DNA of 64,000 bases from Akkermansiaceae bacterium. GTDB taxonomy: Bacteria > Verrucomicrobiota > Verrucomicrobiia > Verrucomicrobiales > Akkermansiaceae. The notes under the pieces were generated by a model. That model did not search any database. It had not been told where the DNA came from and worked only from the letters and a program-made list of their open reading frames with translations. Positions 17,125 through 25,325 of this stretch are shown one piece after another. The translations under genes were made by a program, and so were the position numbers. The stretch is taken from contig JBPOGD010000006.1 of the NCBI GenBank assembly GCA_051252195.1, forward strand, positions 144,551 through 208,550. The letters run 5' to 3'. Within the stretch, counting starts at the first letter, position 1, and each line of letters starts with the position of its first letter.

Positions 17125-18885
17125 TTATAAGAGGTTGATTTCCAGTATTTCAGCGAGATTAGTTTTCAGCGTTTTACGCCGCTCACTCCAGAATGTCTCA
17201 AAGTCGCCAAACTCAAGGCTGGTATTCAAGCCGATATGATTTGCTGTTAAGTAAGCATCTTTAGTCTCTTGAGTGACATACTTATCAGCTACCCATTCAG
17301 TAAATTTCTTTCCGCTTTTAGATTGGTTCGCGCTTTTTTCAAGGAGCTGTAAATTGGGCAGTGTATCTCTCTTAGCTATCCACGTTTGTTGAGCGTCCCC
17401 ATCTAGCCCTAATGTGTTCAGATTAGATTTATAGAAGGCTTTTTTAGGATGTATGTGATCTTGATGAAAGTGCATTTGGCTGAATCTGCACCCAGAATAG
17501 AGAAGCGATAATACTAAGAACGTTCCCCCTCCTGAGGTCTCATGATCTAAGAAGTTATCTAGATCATCTTCATTAAGCGATATGGAACGACCACTCGGTA
17601 ATTTGCAGTGTTTTGCAAAGTCGGTCACTGTGAATTCATTTGATTCGGGAAGGCTCTTTTTCAAGTAAGACCGTATGTCAATGAGGGTTTGATCACTATG
17701 TGAGCCAAACAGCCCAGTCATAAGTGCTCTTATAAGATATAGTCTGAGACTTTCTTTAGAACGGTTTATATCGAAACCCAAGTGATGTGCGTATACGATA
17801 AGTATTACGGCATTTGCAGAAGTTAGTTTAGATGCGTCAAATCCCCAATCTACGAGTAGAACCACTGTGTCGGTTATGCTTTCTGTGATTTTTTGCCAAT
17901 TTGATTTGATTGTTTCAACATTAGCTGCGCCAAAGGCAGATACGTTCAGCTTACTGCCGAAATCACATAATATGAGGCAGCTCCTCATGATCCAGTCAGT
18001 CCCAAAGTTGAACCCATCTCCTAGAGAATTAATATCTGCTAGGAAGTTCTCGATTTTCTCTCTGCCATCATCCCAGTGGGCTACGATAGTAGAAAAAAGA
18101 AGGTCTGTTTTAGAGAGCACCTTACCGCCACTATTGACTCGCACAAAAATATCTAAAATCTCATCGAGACTTTGATTTTTAACGGGGAAGTAGTTGATGA
18201 GCTCTTCTGTGGTTAGACGATTATAGAGTCGGTTTAGTAATCGCTTAGCCTTTCTATTTTGATCATGTGTAATCTCGAAGTTTTGAGGGATGTTCTTCAG
18301 GAAGTTTTCCCATAGATCCTCTACATGATCTGATTCACCAGCTGTTAATACCTCTTTAACTGGAAACCAGCACTCAGGCTCGTTGAACCTCTGCGGGCTG
18401 ACGTCACCCTCTGTTTTAAAAGCGAACTGGTATTCTACCTGGTCATATTCTGCGGCTTCAAAAAAAACGTTCACGTAGAAGAGTCTCTTAGGATAGGATT
18501 CCCTGCGGTTCCTGCGCCTTCCTTTGGTGTGGTAGGCGTAAGACCCCTGAAGCGCTACATACATTGAGTTAAGTCTCTGCTGACCATCTAGCACTCCAGT
18601 AATGTTGCCTTCTAAAATTGGTTGAGGGGCAATTTCGTTTTTCCAGTTATCGTATCCGCTGAAGTTTTGTAAGAATTTATAGAAAACATAGTTGTTTTCT
18701 GTTCCGTCATCGACTTCCCAGAAGAGGAATGTCCCTATGGGGTAGCCTCTCATGATGGAGTCAAAAAGTTTTTCAATTTGGTCCGCATTCCAAACGAACT
18801 TACGCTGGAGGGCTGGCAGGAAAATTTTGTCCTGACCAATATTGATCATGACATCTTTGATAGTTTTAGCTGAATAAGCGGGCAT
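17125..18885 (-). CDS. GmrSD-family type IV (modification-dependent) restriction endonuclease, DUF262 + DUF1524
   Basis: N-terminal DUF262 with the DGQQR motif (VLDGQQRLNSMYVALQG). C-terminal His-Me finger of DUF1524 (MHFHQDHIHPKKAF). Confidence 0.85.
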   Translation of the reverse strand: MPAYSAKTIKDVMINIGQDKIFLPALQRKFVWNADQIEKLFDSIMRGYPIGTFLFWEVDDGTENNYVFYKFLQNFSGYDNWKNEIAPQPILEGNITGVLDGQQRLNSMYVALQGSYAYHTKGRRRNRRESYPKRLFYVNVFFEAAEYDQVEYQFAFKTEGDVSPQRFNEPECWFPVKEVLTAGESDHVEDLWENFLKNIPQNFEITHDQNRKAKRLLNRLYNRLTTEELINYFPVKNQSLDEILDIFVRVNSGGKVLSKTDLLFSTIVAHWDDGREKIENFLADINSLGDGFNFGTDWIMRSCLILCDFGSKLNVSAFGAANVETIKSNWQKITESITDTVVLLVDWGFDASKLTSANAVILIVYAHHLGFDINRSKESLRLYLIRALMTGLFGSHSDQTLIDIRSYLKKSLPESNEFTVTDFAKHCKLPSGRSISLNEDDLDNFLDHETSGGGTFLVLSLLYSGCRFSQMHFHQDHIHPKKAFYKSNLNTLGLDGDAQQTWIAKRDTLPNLQLLEKSANQSKSGKKFTEWVADKYVTQETKDAYLTANHIGLNTSLEFGDFETFWSERRKTLKTNLAEILEINLL

Positions 18886-19022
18886 AGTTTTTTAGTGTTA
18901 AATTGTTTATTCCACAGCGTCACCGAGGGCTTGTCAGATTTCAAAATAAAAGATCTGTCCTTTTTTTCATTTCTATTCTTACCCCCTTATGCCGTAAGAA
19001 CGAGAGCCTTTTTCAGGATCGA

Positions 19023-19961
19023 CTAAATAGTTAAATCAACTCCTAATTTAGTATGAAGATGATTTTTTAATATCTTCATTGTCTTAGTCATTAAATTCGA
19101 TTCCTTTTTTAATGTATGACAAGCATAGGCCGATGGGGCAGTCGTTCTATTTCGTATATTTTTAATTTGAACAAGTTCAGTTTTGGAAGCTGAAAGAGAG
19201 GCCGTGATCATGGCCTTTTCAATTAGTCTAAGACGAAAATAGGAACCATCTGATTGCTTTGTTAATGAGTCGAAAGCCTCAGAGATAATAGCTGATCTAG
19301 AAGCTACATTAATTGAGCAGTTAATTGAAAAAGCCCTAGAAATACATTCGCTAACTTGACGTAACTCATCCAAACTTAGTGAAGGTTGTTTAGAACCTTT
19401 TCGATAAAGACTTTTTCCAACCCTGAGCTTAAATAGGTTTTGCTCATCATGCCCCTCAATTAATCCTCTGCGAACAAGCTCATCTATAATGTCTGTAAGA
19501 CTAAACTTGTACACGCCGAGATCAGCTAGAAAAGGGATTGCCATCGTTCTAAATGCGACAAATAGGGCGTCGTTAGCCCACCTGATACCTTCTGCGCAAT
19601 CTGGTGTTTTGTGGAGAAGTGTTGTTAGCCTATATCCGTCCCAAAATTCTTTCTGATAAGAATCCCGTATCTGAAAAGATTTATATAGTAATTGTAATTT
19701 ACCACTGGGATCTGAAAACACTACTGATTCTTCGATTAAATGTTTAATAAACAGAGAGCCAGTCTGCGTTAAATATTCGAGCTTCTTCCAAGTATATGTG
19801 GAACAAGAATAGCCCCTTCTTGTGAAGGTATATTCATTTTCTTGTAGCAAATCTACATCATCTGATACGATCAGAAGATCACGATCACTATGCACGTCAG
19901 TGTCTGTTCGGGCTAGGGACCCAAAAACCGCCATGGATAAGTCTGTATTGGCTCGTTTCAT
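19023..19961 (-). CDS. Pol-beta-superfamily nucleotidyltransferase-domain protein (312 aa)
   Basis: N-terminal NTase motif AVFGSLARTDTDVHSDRDLLIV (the GS...D.D catalytic signature), then a helical region of about 200 aa. It overlaps the upstream gene by 4 nt. Confidence 0.65.
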   Translation of the reverse strand: MKRANTDLSMAVFGSLARTDTDVHSDRDLLIVSDDVDLLQENEYTFTRRGYSCSTYTWKKLEYLTQTGSLFIKHLIEESVVFSDPSGKLQLLYKSFQIRDSYQKEFWDGYRLTTLLHKTPDCAEGIRWANDALFVAFRTMAIPFLADLGVYKFSLTDIIDELVRRGLIEGHDEQNLFKLRVGKSLYRKGSKQPSLSLDELRQVSECISRAFSINCSINVASRSAIISEAFDSLTKQSDGSYFRLRLIEKAMITASLSASKTELVQIKNIRNRTTAPSAYACHTLKKESNLMTKTMKILKNHLHTKLGVDLTI

Positions 19962-20893
19962 CGTTTTACAAGAAATCTAAAGAATATTGATGCTGCAACT
20001 GCAAAAAATAGAACCCCTATGATACTTTGCAAGCCCGCAGTGACTATTCCGAAATTCGAGGTAGCCCAAAAGTTGGAATGCCCCAGTGTAGTGATTAGCG
20101 AAGCTGTATAGTAAAAACTGGTATGAATTTCTCGGTTAACATCGAGCCCTGAAGATGAGTGCTTCATGCCGTAGTATAGCCAAAGTGAGTGGTTCAGAGC
20201 AAAGAGTAGCAAAAAACCAACACACAGACTTCCCGCAACTCGTAAAGGTCGCCAGCCAAATCCTGATGATAGTTGCAGGAAAAAAGCCCATGCATATTTA
20301 GCTAAAAACTTAAATGATCCGATTTTTCTAGTTTCACGGTCTCTGTATAGAGCCAGTCTTTTAAAATAGCTAAACATGAATTCAGCCTCAGCCCGAAATT
20401 CATGTTGATTCTCGCGAAGGCTATTCAAAGAAAGATTTTTGAACAGTCCAACACCTATGTTGGAATATGTTCGGCGATCCAAATTTAGAACCTTTGAAAA
20501 GGATCTAGGGTCAATATAACAAGCATCAAAAGCAGCTTTAAAAAAGTTACAGTTTTCAAAAACACAATGATGAAACTCGCAATTTCGAAACGTGGATCCA
20601 ATAAATAAACAATCAACGAATTTACAATCAGTGAAAGTGAACTGGCTAACCTCTGTCTTACTGAAGCTAACGTTTTTAAAGGTCTTATTCTCTATTTTTG
20701 AGAAGGATTTCGAAGATTTGAGCGTTTCAGGCATATATAGCCTATTTGTCATTTCACCTATTTTATCCATTTCCGATAACTCTTTCTGGAAGTCCTTCTG
20801 CTCGTCAAAATCAGCTACCTCGCCAAGAGTGCGGAAAAAATTCCGCACCTCTGAACCCTGCGTAAGTTTCAGTTCTTTATTTTGAGAAGGCAT
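19958..20893 (-). CDS. pentapeptide-repeat protein fused to a C-terminal two-TM ion-channel pore (Ion_trans_2-like) with non-canonical filter TTLGHSN
   Basis: Pentapeptide run NVSFSKTEVSQFTFTDCKFVDCLFIGSTFRNCEFHHCVFENCNFFKAAFDACYI. The C-terminus has TM1, a pore-helix-like SFYYTASLITTLGHSNF and TM2, collinear with KcsA ALWWSVETATTVGYGD. Confidence 0.65.
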   Translation of the reverse strand: MPSQNKELKLTQGSEVRNFFRTLGEVADFDEQKDFQKELSEMDKIGEMTNRLYMPETLKSSKSFSKIENKTFKNVSFSKTEVSQFTFTDCKFVDCLFIGSTFRNCEFHHCVFENCNFFKAAFDACYIDPRSFSKVLNLDRRTYSNIGVGLFKNLSLNSLRENQHEFRAEAEFMFSYFKRLALYRDRETRKIGSFKFLAKYAWAFFLQLSSGFGWRPLRVAGSLCVGFLLLFALNHSLWLYYGMKHSSSGLDVNREIHTSFYYTASLITTLGHSNFWATSNFGIVTAGLQSIIGVLFFAVAASIFFRFLVKR

Positions 20894-20960
20894 TGAGGTT
20901 TATATAAAACAATTTTATGAATTTTTCTATATTTTTTAAAAAACAAAAATGGAGGAAATA

Positions 20961-21062
20961 GGGTCAGGGAGATAAATGACTCATTAGCTTGGTTGCAGGT
21001 TTGATGTTTTTCTTGAGTGTTATTCGCTCCATCGCCAAGGCTCTGAAGTCGCACTCAGTCTA
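20961..21062 (+). repeat. 100-bp dispersed repeat, copy 2
   Basis: Matches 12921-13020. Confidence 0.7.
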
Positions 21063-21266
21063 GATACCTCGCCAGAAGTTTTCCGACTGACCGAAGAATA
21101 AAACGAAGCGGGTGGACATGATGGGTGTGATACGTTTCCCTAGGACGATTTTATTGATTGCACGGGGTGGGACGTCGATGGCTCGTGCCGTGGCATTTTG
21201 AGAAATACCCATGGGTTGAAGATATTCTTCGAGGAGGATTCCCCCTGCTGTGATTGGCTTTTTCAC
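21060..21266 (-). CDS. higA: HigA-family antitoxin-like HTH protein, C-terminally short and possibly degraded; no intact HigB partner
   Basis: [48 protein letters not shown] matches the HigA/XRE HTH consensus. GTG start. The upstream 190 bp has no intact toxin ORF. Confidence 0.6.
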   Translation of the reverse strand: MKKPITAGGILLEEYLQPMGISQNATARAIDVPPRAINKIVLGKRITPIMSTRFVLFFGQSENFWRGI

Positions 21267-21453
21267 ATATACAACCTGAAGTGTTGTGTGAATGGCGTCA
21301 ATCTAACAGAAGTCATGGTTTTTTATCGTATGAGATTACATACTTCTGGCATGTTTTGTTTCTTGTGGGTTGTGTTCACGGGGTATTCGAACCGCGTGCT
21401 ATGTGATATTATCCCGCTGGGATAGGGGGAGAACTCTAATCTTCCTTCGCAGG

Positions 21454-22008
21454 TTAAGCTTGCTGGTTATTATTCGCTAGGGGGATTTTGTCGGTTGCTT
21501 CAACAAGACCCTTAAGGAAGCGAATGGCTTTTTCGAGTTCATCACGTTTCACTAGGTGGGGTGCACTCTTGGAGTCGTGATTTTTGTTGGCTTGATGCGC
21601 TGCATCACCCCTTTTTGAAATGATGCCGTCTAATACTCGTTTTGCTTGAGGTGTATCGTAGTTATCCCAAGCCCAGCTTTTCGTTATATCTATGTCAAAA
21701 TACTTTATGAAAAGCTGCTTAGCATTCGAGCTGTTGGGGCTATTGAAGCGACGTAAATCTTCTTTTAATTGGCGGAATGCAAAGTTTGCTATGGGGCTTC
21801 CTCGCATGGCGGATAGCCACATACTTATTTCTTCACGCATACGGTCTTTTAAGTATGTGTCCCATGCCGCTGCCGCTATTATATAGCCCGCGCGTTTGAG
21901 CACTTCGGCATTATGATCGGAAGGTGTGATTTTTTCTTCATCAAAGCGCTTGAGTAGTTCCTCGGCGCCTTTGATGGACTGTTGAAATGCGATTGCTGAT
22001 TCTGACAT
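21454..22008 (-). CDS. hypothetical protein with possible HEPN-like Rx4H motif (KRGDAAH)
   Basis: An alpha-helical 184-aa protein; the Rx4-6H motif lies near the C-terminal third. The assignment is weak. Confidence 0.4.
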   Translation of the reverse strand: MSESAIAFQQSIKGAEELLKRFDEEKITPSDHNAEVLKRAGYIIAAAAWDTYLKDRMREEISMWLSAMRGSPIANFAFRQLKEDLRRFNSPNSSNAKQLFIKYFDIDITKSWAWDNYDTPQAKRVLDGIISKRGDAAHQANKNHDSKSAPHLVKRDELEKAIRFLKGLVEATDKIPLANNNQQA

Positions 22009-22162
22009 GAGTTTGTTAAGTTAATCTCCCTGCGGCACATCAACCTTTTCCTTCGCTGATGCTTCGGCAGACGAATTCTGGTTTTGGCGGATTTCAGGAT
22101 CTATGCTGCTAGCGATTGATCTGTGAGGCTGGCTTTGATCAAATTTCTAAATAGTGAGTAGC

Positions 22163-22726
22163 TCAGGCTGATGGCTGTTTATTCTTAGAGCGCATGAGTT
22201 TCACGAGGCCAATGATGGTAAAGATCAGAATAAGGATACCAAAGATGAAAGTGACAACTAAGGCTCCAAGAGCTTTTCCTATTGCGGCCATGAAATTTCC
22301 AGAGGTCTCAATAGCTGAGGCTTGGAAGACTTGTCCTTCAGTCGCACCAGTGGCGGAGACGTTATACGTCTTACCTTTTTCTACATTAAACGAGCCAATG
22401 AGATGCTTGCTGCCGATTGTGGTGATAGGTTCTGGTCTTTGAACGGAGAAGGGCTGTTTCCCTTCTTCAGCGATGATTGCCCGGATGCGGCGTAGATCTA
22501 GGTTAGTATCGTCGCTATTTAGCCAGACAGTGACAGCGCTGTCTTTCTCTGCGGAGTATGTTAGGGACTCGGGGGCTACAAAAACCTCACCATTATTGAA
22601 GTTTTTGACGAAAGTCAGCCCTGTTGGTAAAGCGCTGAGGCCGAGGAGCGTGACGATGCCGCCACCGATGAGGAATAGGATGAGTGCTGCAGTGAGAAAT
22701 CCGCAGCCTTTTTTCTTAGTAGCCAT
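22163..22726 (-). CDS. membrane protein with N- and C-terminal TM helices, unknown function
   Basis: TM segments GFLTAALILFLIGGGIVTLLGL and LGALVVTFIFGILILIFTIIGLV. Confidence 0.45.
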   Translation of the reverse strand: MATKKKGCGFLTAALILFLIGGGIVTLLGLSALPTGLTFVKNFNNGEVFVAPESLTYSAEKDSAVTVWLNSDDTNLDLRRIRAIIAEEGKQPFSVQRPEPITTIGSKHLIGSFNVEKGKTYNVSATGATEGQVFQASAIETSGNFMAAIGKALGALVVTFIFGILILIFTIIGLVKLMRSKNKQPSA

Positions 22727-22917
22727 GTTGTTATTTTAGGTCGAAAGTTTATTTAAGTGTTTTCTAGAAGCTAGGGACGGTGATGATGCTTTCTAGCTGG
22801 GTGATGGTTTCGCGGCTAACTGTAGGTGTCCATGATACCCATACATCGCTTTCTTCAAGGTTTAGAGTAGATGTCTGTGCTGCGACCTGTGATCCCAATA
22901 GTGACACTCTCAGAGTT

Positions 22918-25092
22918 TTATTTAGCAAATCTAAAGAATTTTTTGCCCGCACCTACTGGTATAGTGACGTTTGCTGAGCTTCCTGTAGGTGTCCAGTCAT
23001 CAGTTACTCCTAAGTCGGCACTTTCTTCTAGGCTAAACTCGATAGTTGCGTTGGTTTCGCTTTGGTCAATAGCGATTGTGATACTCCCAGGGCGTAGGTC
23101 GGTGATTTCAGTAAGATCGTATTTGCTTGCAACTTCTGTTTCTAAGTTATCAATGGCTGTATCCTTGTCAGACAACTGAGTCAGGAGGATATTAACGAGA
23201 GCGTTTTCACTGATAAGGCCAGTGAGAGTAGCACCATTGATATTAATTCCATCGAGGTTAGAAAAGCTTAGGTTGGCGTTCGTGAGGTTAGCACCAGATA
23301 GATCAGCATTGCTCAGATCACTATAGCTCAGGTCAGCACCTGTTAAGTTGGCTCCTGGTCCAATGAGGTATCCGTTAACAAGCTGCCACCCCGCAGGTAA
23401 ACTGTCAGGTATACCGTATTGAATACCTCCAGACTGGACACCAGTTAAATTAGCAGTTCCTAGGTTAGCATTCTCAATATAAATGCCGAATAAATTGGCA
23501 TTCGTGAGATCAGCATTGGTGAAATTATTTGATTCTATAAATGCGTTGGTCAGGTTAGCTCCGCTAAGGTTGGCGTTGGTCAGGTTAACATTATGCAGAT
23601 TTACACCGGTAAGGTTATTACCGCTAAGATTGGCCCCACTAAGGTTGGCTTCGTATAGGATGGTATCCGTAAGGTCATTCTGACTAAGGTTAGATCCACT
23701 GAGGTTGGCGTTATTTAGCATGGCACCTTGAAGGTTAGTTGCGCTAAGGTCAGTGTTGGATAAGTTTGCACCTGGCCCAATAAGGAAGCCGTTATCAAGA
23801 ACCCATTCAGGATCCAAGCTTGTTGGGACTCCTGTTATCCCACCAGATGTCACACCCGTCAGGTCTGATTGACTGAAAAAAGCTCCGCTCAAATTAGCAT
23901 TGACTAGGTTGACGTTCGTAAGTGTTGCATTGACTAATAAAGTATTAGTGAGATTTGCACTAGATAAATTACTGTTAGCGAGATTTGCCTGATCGAGGAA
24001 TGCTTCCGTCAGGTCGACTCCAGTTAAATTCAGGCCATCTAAGTCAGCATAAGCTAAATGGGCGCTTGGTCCGATGAGGTAGCCGTTTGTTAACACCCAG
24101 TTTGTCGGTAAATGGCTGGGGGTGCCTGTGATGCCACCAGAAGAAACACCTGTTAATACTGCACCGCTGAAGTTCGCTCCATTTATATTGGTATTCGTAA
24201 ATTGTGTGTATTCAAGATACGCATTGGTAAAGTTGACATCTGTTAAATTAAAACTTTGAAAATCTAGAAAGGTTAAATCGGCATTAGTAAAGTTGACGCT
24301 TATCAAATGAAAGCCTTGTAAATCAATTCCGCTTAAATCGGCATTAGATAAGTTTGCGCTAGGTCCTATAAGGTATCCGTAACTAAATGTCCAATTTGCA
24401 GGGAGACTAGCAGGAGGAGGGCTAAAGATATTGCCAGACTGTACACCGGAAAGGTCAGCACTTCCCATGATAGCCCCATCTATGAAGGCTCCATTGAGAT
24501 TTGCGTTAATGAGGTTAGCGTTAGATAGGTTCGCATAAGATAGGTCTGTATTAGTGAGCTGATTATTATATAGATTAGAACTGCTAAGGTTGGCTCCAAA
24601 TAAGGCAGAATTTGCCAAATTTGTGCCCGTTAAGTCAGTGTTTGATAAGTCAGCGCCTGGACCTAGGAGAAAGCCATTATCAATTTGCCACAAAGGGGGT
24701 AGGCTGAGAGGTGTTCCCACGATGTCGCCTGAACTAATGTTGATTAATGTAGCTCCGCTGAAATCCGTGTTTGTGAGGTCGGCTCCAGAAAAGCTAACCG
24801 TGTTGTGGATGCTGTTTAATAAATTAGCATTTGTTAAGTTCACATTATCGAATGAAACTTCTTCAAATGATGATCCCATAAGATCTGCATTTGCTAAATT
24901 AGCGTTTGTTAAATCAGCGTTATAGAGAGTGATAGAACTAGCTAGATTAGCTCCATTGTATGAATGGAGTACACTTGTATTAATATTGATAATATCTAAG
25001 ACCTGTCCAGATGTGTTGGTATAGGTGGCGGCTTGTGTTAAGGCTGCTAATTTAAGAAAGCACAGTGCTGCAACTTTGTTATAGTGGATCAT
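22918..25092 (-). CDS. large secreted pentapeptide-repeat protein with six periodic non-repeat insertions and a C-terminal beta-rich domain
   Basis: Long A(D/N)LxxAxL pentapeptide runs are interrupted about every 95 aa by GITGxPxxLPxxWxLxNGYLIGPxAxLSxADLSG. Signal-peptide-like VAALCFLKLAALTQAA after Met31, so the start is at 25092. Confidence 0.8.
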   Translation of the reverse strand: MIHYNKVAALCFLKLAALTQAATYTNTSGQVLDIININTSVLHSYNGANLASSITLYNADLTNANLANADLMGSSFEEVSFDNVNLTNANLLNSIHNTVSFSGADLTNTDFSGATLINISSGDIVGTPLSLPPLWQIDNGFLLGPGADLSNTDLTGTNLANSALFGANLSSSNLYNNQLTNTDLSYANLSNANLINANLNGAFIDGAIMGSADLSGVQSGNIFSPPPASLPANWTFSYGYLIGPSANLSNADLSGIDLQGFHLISVNFTNADLTFLDFQSFNLTDVNFTNAYLEYTQFTNTNINGANFSGAVLTGVSSGGITGTPSHLPTNWVLTNGYLIGPSAHLAYADLDGLNLTGVDLTEAFLDQANLANSNLSSANLTNTLLVNATLTNVNLVNANLSGAFFSQSDLTGVTSGGITGVPTSLDPEWVLDNGFLIGPGANLSNTDLSATNLQGAMLNNANLSGSNLSQNDLTDTILYEANLSGANLSGNNLTGVNLHNVNLTNANLSGANLTNAFIESNNFTNADLTNANLFGIYIENANLGTANLTGVQSGGIQYGIPDSLPAGWQLVNGYLIGPGANLTGADLSYSDLSNADLSGANLTNANLSFSNLDGININGATLTGLISENALVNILLTQLSDKDTAIDNLETEVASKYDLTEITDLRPGSITIAIDQSETNATIEFSLEESADLGVTDDWTPTGSSANVTIPVGAGKKFFRFAK

Positions 25093-25325
25093 TACGTGAG
25101 TTTTTATTGGTAGCATACTTGTTATTTTCCTAGTATGTGATGACGATAAATAATTAGTGATCTGATAGATTTTATATAACAAGCCCTAACCATATTAACT
25201 TCGAGCCAAGTATTATTTAAATAAACTTACGGCAGGCAGGGCTACCTCACTATAGGGGGCTAAAGAGTTGGGATTAGACATGTAAGCTACATGCAGTGCC
25301 CTAGCCTTTCTTGAGGCTTCTTGCC

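Noticed and set aside
21370-21400. tRNA-like T-arm on the minus strand (GGTTCGAATACC within cacggggtattcgaaccgcgtg), possible tRNA fragment marking an island integration site
   Set aside because: No acceptor, D or anticodon arms can be folded around it, and the T-stem needs an indel to pair. It is insufficient to call a tRNA or remnant.
21267-21453. HigB toxin gene upstream of higA
   Set aside because: Only short ORFs (17 aa or less in the relevant frames) are present, and HigA itself is C-terminally short. The module is interpreted as decayed.
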